Below are positions 50,067-57,305 of a stretch of DNA of 64,000 nucleotides, piece by piece (the stretch's first letter is position 1; each line of letters begins with the position of its first letter). The stretch lies in IMG/VR virus record IMGVR_UViG_3300022848_000011, positions 1 to 64,000 of that record; one strand, given 5' to 3'. The DNA comes from a virus. The translations under genes were made by a program, and so were the position numbers. The notes under the pieces were generated by a model. The model made no database searches and was not told the DNA's origin. It saw only the letters and a list, made by a program, of their open reading frames with translations.

Positions 50067-50975
50067 TTATGGAGGTGTAATCAAATCGCCTGCCTCTAAT
50101 GTATGAGGAACAGAAAATTCCCGTAAAACATTCCCACTTCCATCTAATTCTGTAATATTTTTTATTGAAAAATCGCCAGCTTCAGCACCAGCAGGATATA
50201 CAATTTCTTCAACTGTTGATGCTGATGCAACATTGCTTCTAGACTTGAACATAAATGTCGTTGATTTACCTACAAGTAATTCCCAATCTGCCTTAGTTAC
50301 AGATGAATTATAATTTTTTGATTTACCAAATTCATCTTGATTATTTTCGATCACATCATCATCTACTTCAGAATCTCCTCCACTATTAGAAGGACTCAAT
50401 TCCACAAGCATGTTATTACCGTCTTCAAACGCTAATAAACCATTAGAATTGCGATTAAAAACAGTATGCCGCCTAAAGTAAGAAGGTAATTGTGCTACAC
50501 CAGCCCTGTCATTAAAACCAAGAACTGATTCTGCTTGACCATTCATGATATAAAACTTCATTCTATCAGCACTTCTCTTCTGCTCAAGAACAATTTTATT
50601 ATTTTGGAAAGACGCTTTAAAAAAGGTTGCAAATAAATCATTCTTGTTAAGACTATCAACAATCTGATAAGGTTTAACATTAGATGAATCTATTGTGTAA
50701 GTCAATTCTGAATCTTCTGTTAAATCATATTCAGAAGTCATCCAATTCAAAAAATTTGAATCTATTGCATATCTGATTTTTAAAATATTATTGTTATTAT
50801 CATCTGAATCCGTACCACTCAAATCATAACCATCTTCAGTTGGTCTCCAATTAGCAACTGATGTCAATGATCTTCCTGAATTGATAGGACATTTAAAAAC
50901 AGGGCTTAATTGCCTATCTTCTAATGATAAATTTCCATAAAAGTCAGCGAAAAATGGATTTTGAAACCATGCCAT
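50067..50975 (-). CDS. Hypothetical, probably structural protein
   Basis: 302-aa acidic ORF with AAGG RBS. Confidence 0.65.
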   Translation of the reverse strand: MAWFQNPFFADFYGNLSLEDRQLSPVFKCPINSGRSLTSVANWRPTEDGYDLSGTDSDDNNNNILKIRYAIDSNFLNWMTSEYDLTEDSELTYTIDSSNVKPYQIVDSLNKNDLFATFFKASFQNNKIVLEQKRSADRMKFYIMNGQAESVLGFNDRAGVAQLPSYFRRHTVFNRNSNGLLAFEDGNNMLVELSPSNSGGDSEVDDDVIENNQDEFGKSKNYNSSVTKADWELLVGKSTTFMFKSRSNVASASTVEEIVYPAGAEAGDFSIKNITELDGSGNVLREFSVPHTLEAGDLITPP

Positions 50976-51050
50976 AATTGAATTACCTTATCAGTTAATT
51001 TAAAAACACACAATTATGTAGTGTTTTTGTTTTAATATAGTTTATATATT

Positions 51051-51095
51051 ACACAAAAATAGGGATAATATCAAACATTATCCCTATTTTTGTGT
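51051..51095. terminator. Perfect 19-bp inverted repeat; likely bidirectional terminator
   Basis: ACACAAAAATAGGGATAAT-atcaaac-ATTATCCCTATTTTTGTGT. Confidence 0.8.
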
Positions 51096-51104
51096 CATTT
51101 ATTC

Positions 51105-51437
51105 TTAAACACCTTCGGTCAAGACTGACAGAATTCCTGATTTTCGTAGTGTACTTAGTTCTAATTCTGATTTTTTAGCAGACTTTCGAAGGGGAAGACG
51201 CTTATCAACACTCTTGATTTTAGCTATTTTATCCAATCGGTAACTTTTAACGGGTGCCGTTTCTAAAGTAGAATAAACACTTTTTCCACTTCTCAATTCA
51301 TATCCTGTAACTACATTGCCTGTTCGCTCAATAATAGCAACCACTTTCCTCACAGGATGTGAGTGCGATCCTTTGTAATAAAATCGCCAAATAGGGGTCT
51401 TCTTAACTAAATTAATATCATTCATTATATTCTCCAA
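51105..51437 (-). CDS. Stand-alone WYL-like domain protein
   Basis: FYYKG...RKV...GYEL...KSYRLDKI resembles the WYL RxFRLDRI motif. Confidence 0.55.
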   Translation of the reverse strand: MENIMNDINLVKKTPIWRFYYKGSHSHPVRKVVAIIERTGNVVTGYELRSGKSVYSTLETAPVKSYRLDKIAKIKSVDKRLPLRKSAKKSELELSTLRKSGILSVLTEGV

Positions 51438-51440
51438 AAT

Positions 51441-51986
51441 TTAAAATTTTCTTAACATTCGTAACATTTCATTCGCATCAGATCTAGAATGCATAATTTG
51501 ATCTTCTAAGAAAATCTCAATATACTTTCCGTCTACTTTAACTTTATCAACGTTACTTTCCTGTAACAATTGTGTATCTTCAATTCTTTTTACATAATTA
51601 TTTACAACCTCATCTTCAAGATTAATGGCTTGTTGTAACAAGGAACTAACATCGTTTTTTGCTATAATATTTTTAGGAATATCACAATTACTTAATTTTT
51701 CATTGATGTTATTTTTACCTGAAAAATTAACGTAAACACCATGCCTAATAGACAAGCTGAAAATAAGATTTCGAAATTCATCCACATGACCCATTTCACT
51801 CTTAGCTTCTTCTAAAAAGAACTCTCTGTATTCTAATCTTTCAGGACCCGCTATAGAAGAAGCTGCCTCTAAATAGAATCTCATGTGAGACATTTCATTA
51901 CAAAAATCATCGATTAACACATCAATCATTTTTGTAATTATTTTTAATGGATCATCAGTCGTCTTTTTTTGCAAAACCAATTTCAT
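51441..51986 (-). CDS. Ferritin-like di-iron protein
   Basis: EMSHMRFY, EEAKSEMGH (ExxH), LEDEVVNNY and FLEDQI four-helix pattern. Confidence 0.75.
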   Translation of the reverse strand: MKLVLQKKTTDDPLKIITKMIDVLIDDFCNEMSHMRFYLEAASSIAGPERLEYREFFLEEAKSEMGHVDEFRNLIFSLSIRHGVYVNFSGKNNINEKLSNCDIPKNIIAKNDVSSLLQQAINLEDEVVNNYVKRIEDTQLLQESNVDKVKVDGKYIEIFLEDQIMHSRSDANEMLRMLRKF

Positions 51987-52239
51987 CTCCTATAAGTACA
52001 AGCTTTACACGTTGTTGAAAAATAGCATTTACCAACAACTTACCACTTATTTTATCTTCAACAAATCTAATCACTTTCTCTATATCATCTAATTCTGTTA
52101 TATCCGACTCTATACACGTTTTTATTACAGAATCAATTTCTTCTTCAGAGATCAAACAAAACTTATCGTCTTTTTCTACCCAATTCAAGTCATCCATTGG
52201 TATAATATCATTTAATTTTTTTAAATCTAAATCATTCAT
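51955..52239 (-). CDS. Hypothetical protein
   Basis: 94-aa acidic ORF in the operon. Confidence 0.6.
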   Translation of the reverse strand: MNDLDLKKLNDIIPMDDLNWVEKDDKFCLISEEEIDSVIKTCIESDITELDDIEKVIRFVEDKISGKLLVNAIFQQRVKLVLIGDEIGFAKKDD

Positions 52240-52245
52240 AATAAA

Positions 52246-53370
52246 TCAATGTTGGTGGAAAGGAACATCTGGGTGACCATGATCATGAACATAATCCATT
52301 CTTTGAAAATTACTGTAATCAAATACCAGATGTTTGTCATCTTGACTAATTTCCCAAGCTAATTCAAGTGCATAGTTAGTAATTTTTTCCATGCCTTCAT
52401 AATTAATTTTATCTGCCGTGTCACTAGGAGTGTGGTAGTGGGGGTGACCACCTGTATGTAAGAAAGCAACTGGAATACCCCTGTTGTAAAAAGGTGCATG
52501 ATCGCTACCACCAGAACCTCGACTCGTTATTTTCTCAGCAAAATCATACTTTTGATTCAAATTTTCTATTATTCTTTTCAAATCTAAAGATGATTCTCCT
52601 TCATTAAAACCAACACTAAACATACCCTTACCCAACCAACCCACCATATCCATATTAACCATAGCAACATGGGATTTAATATCAGGATTATTCATTGGAA
52701 ATAAAGGTTTAGAACAGTAATAACGAGAACCTAATAAACCCATTTCTTCAGCAGAATACGCTTGGAAAACAATGGTTCTATCTGGTTTTAATTGAGAAAT
52801 ACCTTTAGCAACTTCTAATAATACAGCAGTTCCACTTGCATTGTCATCAGCACCAGGATGAATCTTATTACTTGTTCTTGATCTAGAATACTGTGGCCCG
52901 TAACCAATGTGATCCATGTGCGCCCCAACAATCACTACTTTATCAGGTGATTTACTGCCTTCTATCCAACCATAAATATTTTCTGTCCATAAATCACCCA
53001 TTTCACGATTCGGACCAGGATTGACTCTTCGTATAGGAATTCTTTGCCTAATTGTTTTTAAACCATAACTCTTAAATTTGTCTTCTATAAAACTAGCAGT
53101 AAGTTTATTCCCTGTTTTACCAGACATTCTTCCTTCAAATTCATCAGAAGCTAATTTATAAACCACATCCTTTAGATTATCTAAAGAAATTTCCTCTAAA
53201 ACATCTTGAACTGTCTTGTTTTGTGGCTTTTCTGCAATTGGAGCAGTTCTTTGTAGTAATGGAATTGTTTCATCGCTTGTTTTTTTTGATTTTGATACAA
53301 AAATAATAATCGAAAAAAACAATAAACTAAACATCATCAATATTATTTTGACTTTTTTGTCTTGACTCAT
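52246..53370 (-). CDS. Membrane-anchored M28 family aminopeptidase
   Basis: N-terminal TM helix. GAHMDH, GADDNASG, SAEEMGLLGS, NMDMVG, SDH and YHTPSD. Confidence 0.93.
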   Translation of the reverse strand: MSQDKKVKIILMMFSLLFFSIIIFVSKSKKTSDETIPLLQRTAPIAEKPQNKTVQDVLEEISLDNLKDVVYKLASDEFEGRMSGKTGNKLTASFIEDKFKSYGLKTIRQRIPIRRVNPGPNREMGDLWTENIYGWIEGSKSPDKVVIVGAHMDHIGYGPQYSRSRTSNKIHPGADDNASGTAVLLEVAKGISQLKPDRTIVFQAYSAEEMGLLGSRYYCSKPLFPMNNPDIKSHVAMVNMDMVGWLGKGMFSVGFNEGESSLDLKRIIENLNQKYDFAEKITSRGSGGSDHAPFYNRGIPVAFLHTGGHPHYHTPSDTADKINYEGMEKITNYALELAWEISQDDKHLVFDYSNFQRMDYVHDHGHPDVPFHQH

Positions 53371-53587
53371 CTTGTTCCTCTTTTGGTTTTTCGGAGTTTG
53401 CTTTTTCTTTGAAGAAAAAACCTAAAATATAATTATTGAACAAAAAAGAAATACAAATTCCTCCAATTGTTCTTAGCAGCCACCAACCAAATGATGTTGC
53501 TGTGACTGGATCAACAAATTGTTTTTCAATTTTGTGATTTTCTTTATCTTCGTTAAATTCTTCATCACTCAAATTATTAATTTTCAT
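53327..53587 (-). CDS. Small membrane protein
   Basis: Hydrophobic segment FGWWLLRTIGGICISFLFNNYILGFFF. Confidence 0.6.
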   Translation of the reverse strand: MKINNLSDEEFNEDKENHKIEKQFVDPVTATSFGWWLLRTIGGICISFLFNNYILGFFFKEKANSEKPKEEQDESRQKSQNNIDDV

Positions 53588-53642
53588 TTATTTTTTTTGC
53601 GTTTTTACCAAATTGTGTGCTAAATAATATAAAAGGTTAATT

Positions 53643-54584
53643 ATGTCAGAATATAAAATAAACAAAAGTTTGCAATATCCTAATGTAGAATTTCAAGATT
53701 ATTACAACAAGTTCGAAACGGTTGAAGATATGCTGGCTGGTTTGGAGTGGAATGATTTTTTCTCTCACTTTTACGAAATTAGCAGAGAAGAGCAAGAAAT
53801 ACTAATTGGTGAATCTCTCCAAGAACTTAACATGTTCAATGAGGCAAAACAATCTGAAGAACTTTCAAAATGCGCAAATAGTTTCAAGTATTGGTGTCAT
53901 CGCTATGTTGAAATTTATCATTACAAACATGGACAAATCCCATTTATTAACTACAAATACCAAGATCGTGTAATAGAAGGTTTCGAAAACAATAAATTTA
54001 ATATAGTTTCAAAATTCAGACAAGCTGGATTGACTACACTTAGTTTGTTGAAAAGCATACATAATTGTTTATTCAAAAATGATCAAAAAATCAATATAGT
54101 ATCCAGAACAGATCGTGAAAGCATTGATGCAAGTTATATTACCCAACAAGTTATGGATAATTTGCCTAAATGGATGTATGACCCAAAACAAAATAATACT
54201 TCAAAATATGAGAAAAAATTCCATACCACAAATTCTCGCATTTATTTCAATACCCCACTATCTACAATTGGACAATCTAGTACTTGCTTAATCTTCAATG
54301 AAGCAGCTTTCATTGAAGATATGGAGAAACATTGGGAAGCTATGTATCCAATTATTGCTAATGGCAGTAGTGTACAAGTTTTTTCAAGTGTTAATGGAAT
54401 AAATAGTTGGTATAACAAAATATACAAAGAAGCTATTAAAGGTAATAATCAATTTAATCCAATTGCAGTTGACTATTGGGAACATCCTACGTTTTCAAAT
54501 CCTGAGTGGGTTGAAACAGTAAAATCGAACTATAGTAAAAAAATATGGAAACAAGAATTCATGAGAAATTCTTGCGCATACTAA
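53643..54584 (+). CDS. Terminase large subunit ATPase-only paralogue (no nuclease domain, Walker B D to N)
   Basis: Colinear with residues ~15-315 of the downstream TerL. Motifs KFRQAGLTT and LIFNEAAF. Confidence 0.88.
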   Translation: MSEYKINKSLQYPNVEFQDYYNKFETVEDMLAGLEWNDFFSHFYEISREEQEILIGESLQELNMFNEAKQSEELSKCANSFKYWCHRYVEIYHYKHGQIPFINYKYQDRVIEGFENNKFNIVSKFRQAGLTTLSLLKSIHNCLFKNDQKINIVSRTDRESIDASYITQQVMDNLPKWMYDPKQNNTSKYEKKFHTTNSRIYFNTPLSTIGQSSTCLIFNEAAFIEDMEKHWEAMYPIIANGSSVQVFSSVNGINSWYNKIYKEAIKGNNQFNPIAVDYWEHPTFSNPEWVETVKSNYSKKIWKQEFMRNSCAY

Positions 54585-54594
54585 TGAGTATACT

Positions 54595-56424
54595 ATGTCT
54601 AAACACAAAAGCAATGAAGGACCACCAAAAGATTTAAAATACCCCACTATAGCCTTTGAAGATTATTATCATAAATTTGAATTTGTCAAAGATATAATTA
54701 AAGATCCTGAATGGGATAAAGTATTTTCTAATTTCTACAGATTTAGTGATGAGGAAATGGATATTCCATGTGGCGAAACTGTACATGATCTCAACGTTTT
54801 TGAACCAAAACAACAATACCAAGAAATAATAAAATGTACTAATAACTTTAAATATTGGTGTCATCGTTACGTGAAGATCCTTCACGCAAAATATGGCACA
54901 ATACCTTTTATTATGTACAATTATCAAGAACGTGCTATTGATAATTTTGAAAATCATAGATTTAATATGATTTCTAAATTTAGACAAGGTGGATTAACTA
55001 CTATTGGCGCACTCTGGGGTTTGCACAAATGCTTGTTCAGAAATGATCAACAAATCTATATGCTTTCCAAAACAGATCGTGAAGCCGTCGCAGCAGGTGA
55101 TATTGTCAAAAAAGCAATGGATAATTTTCCTGAGTGGATGTATGACAAAGAACAAGCAGAAATATCAAAACACGAAAAGAAATTTAATGATACTGCATCT
55201 AAAATTTGTTTTTATACACCCGAAGCCGCTCGGGGCAAAACCGCCACCTGTCTAATGATTGACGAAGCAGCTTTTATTGAAAAAATGGACGAACACTGGG
55301 AAGCTATGTATCCAGTGGTATCAACTGGTGGTAGTGTTCAAGTTATATCTACAGTTAATGGTGTAGGCAACTGGTATGAAGAAACTTATAGTGAAGCTCT
55401 AGAAGGTAATAATTTCTTCAATATTATTGAATTAGATTACTGGGAACACCCAACATATGCAAACCCTGAATGGTCTAAGGTTGCAAAAGCAAATATGGGT
55501 GAAAGGAAGTGGAGACAAGAAGTCTTAAGAGATTTCTTAGATTCAGGAAATACCTATTTTACTTCAAATGTTATTCAAACTATAGACTTATTTACTCAGA
55601 AAATCAAACCACACAGAACGCTATTTGAAAAATGGCAAAACCCTAATTATGATAAACTAAAGTGGGAACCAGGAGCATTACATATATGGCAAGAACCTAT
55701 TGAAGGACATGAATATTTACTAGCTGGTGACTGCGCAGAAGGTATAGGAGAAAATGGAGATAATTCCTGTTTTCAGCTTATTGATATTAATCGAGTAGAA
55801 CAAGTAGCTGAATTTTACAGTAACAATGTACCTCCTCACATATTTGCCCAAATAATTAACCAAATAGCACTGTATTACAATACATGTAGTGTCGTTATTG
55901 AAAATAATACTATTGGTGGTGCTGTTATAAATGTTTTACAACATGAAGTAAATTACGAAAACATCTATCATGAACCATTATCTAACAGACAAAGCAAGCC
56001 TGGGATAAGAATGTCCCCGCAAAATAGAAAGTTGTATCTAGAATCATTAGCCAAAAGATTAACAAACGGTAGTTTCGTAGTTTATAGTAGAAGGTTTCTT
56101 CATGAATTAAATACATTTGTTTTTGATAATCAAAAAAACAGAGCAGAAGCACGTAAAGGAAGACACGATGATGCTATTATAGCAATGTCAATAGCTATCT
56201 ATACAAGAGATGAAGCAATAAGAGGGATGCCTGTAGGTGGTGGTGTAAGCACTACTACAAAAGATGTTATTAGTAGTAGTGTTTTCGAAGAAATCAAAAA
56301 AGAAATATTAGAAGATGATTGGGAGGATGAAGACTATGATTTTGAATCATCTTTAGAAATAGATATACTTAGACCAATGTATGGGCAACCTCATTCAAAA
56401 ATTCTTGAAGAGTTCGGGTGGTAG
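54595..56424 (+). CDS. terL: Terminase large subunit (T4 gp17-like)
   Basis: YQ adenine motif, KFRQGGLTT, MIDEAAF and ISTVNG. RNase-H-like GDCAEG...DNS...HDDAIIA. Confidence 0.95.
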   Translation: MSKHKSNEGPPKDLKYPTIAFEDYYHKFEFVKDIIKDPEWDKVFSNFYRFSDEEMDIPCGETVHDLNVFEPKQQYQEIIKCTNNFKYWCHRYVKILHAKYGTIPFIMYNYQERAIDNFENHRFNMISKFRQGGLTTIGALWGLHKCLFRNDQQIYMLSKTDREAVAAGDIVKKAMDNFPEWMYDKEQAEISKHEKKFNDTASKICFYTPEAARGKTATCLMIDEAAFIEKMDEHWEAMYPVVSTGGSVQVISTVNGVGNWYEETYSEALEGNNFFNIIELDYWEHPTYANPEWSKVAKANMGERKWRQEVLRDFLDSGNTYFTSNVIQTIDLFTQKIKPHRTLFEKWQNPNYDKLKWEPGALHIWQEPIEGHEYLLAGDCAEGIGENGDNSCFQLIDINRVEQVAEFYSNNVPPHIFAQIINQIALYYNTCSVVIENNTIGGAVINVLQHEVNYENIYHEPLSNRQSKPGIRMSPQNRKLYLESLAKRLTNGSFVVYSRRFLHELNTFVFDNQKNRAEARKGRHDDAIIAMSIAIYTRDEAIRGMPVGGGVSTTTKDVISSSVFEEIKKEILEDDWEDEDYDFESSLEIDILRPMYGQPHSKILEEFGW

Positions 56425-56429
56425 GTAAT

Positions 56430-56720
56430 ATGAAAAAATATGAAACAATTTTAAAACTTCTCAATGAAGTTCAAAAACATACAAAAGATTATAAAGATAA
56501 AGAAATAAGAAAAACTGTATCTAAACTTATTGAAATCGTCGAGTCCAAAACTAAAATTAAATCAAATTATGACAAAAAAATGACTCCATTAGAGAGTTGG
56601 AAACTTAATTTAGAAACAGGTAAATTACAGCATCCAATTAGTGATGAACTTGCACAAAACGCATTAGATAATTTAGAAAATATGATCGAAATAGAACTAA
56701 AGAAAACTTCAAACAACTAA
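56430..56720 (+). CDS. Hypothetical protein
   Basis: Helical ~96-aa ORF after terL. Confidence 0.6.
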   Translation: MKKYETILKLLNEVQKHTKDYKDKEIRKTVSKLIEIVESKTKIKSNYDKKMTPLESWKLNLETGKLQHPISDELAQNALDNLENMIEIELKKTSNN

Positions 56721-57296
56721 TACATTATTTTTTTTACAAACATAAAGACAATTTTCATAACTATTATTACAACTTTGAATTAAACTAGATTTAACATTAA
56801 ATTCTACTGAATCTATTTCAATAGGATTTAAACTAACATTGGTATTAAACATATTGTTTATTGCTGAAGTAAACTCAGGTTTAGAAAATGACGACTCAGT
56901 CAATAAAATTTTATTAATTGATTTAACTGAAATTTCCTTAATCCTTTGTATTCTGCTTTGATAATAATCAACAGCCCTTTGGGTCGCATAAGGTTCGGAA
57001 AAAGCATCTATGATTCTAGGCAAAGCTAAACTTGGTTTAGTAATGAAATTGATCATATATACTATATCCAAAAGAGCTTTACACCTGATGCTGGAATTGT
57101 TTAGTATTATGTCACCATATATAGCAGCAGAGTTTTTACAAGTATGATGTGTACTAAACAACCAATCTAAATCATCAGGATGTGTATATAATGAATGGGT
57201 TGTTTGTACAGAAAACAACTCATTTTGATTCAATTGATGAATTAATTCAGAAAATTTGCTTCCTATATGTGAATTAATAAAAGTTACTCTATTCAT
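56709..57296 (-). CDS. Hypothetical protein, weakly sulfotransferase/P-loop-like
   Basis: N-terminal VTFINSHIGSKFSELIHQLN recalls the FIxSxxRSGSTLL motif but is degenerate. Confidence 0.4.
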   Translation of the reverse strand: MNRVTFINSHIGSKFSELIHQLNQNELFSVQTTHSLYTHPDDLDWLFSTHHTCKNSAAIYGDIILNNSSIRCKALLDIVYMINFITKPSLALPRIIDAFSEPYATQRAVDYYQSRIQRIKEISVKSINKILLTESSFSKPEFTSAINNMFNTNVSLNPIEIDSVEFNVKSSLIQSCNNSYENCLYVCKKNNVLVV

Positions 57297-57305
57297 AGTG
57301 ATATT

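Noticed and set aside
53643-55560. Terminase duplication as a DGR template/variable pair, a frameshifted gene or an assembly duplicate
   Set aside because: Differences affect all bases, no reverse transcriptase is seen, both ORFs have their own start and stop, and the copies are too diverged to be an assembly artefact.
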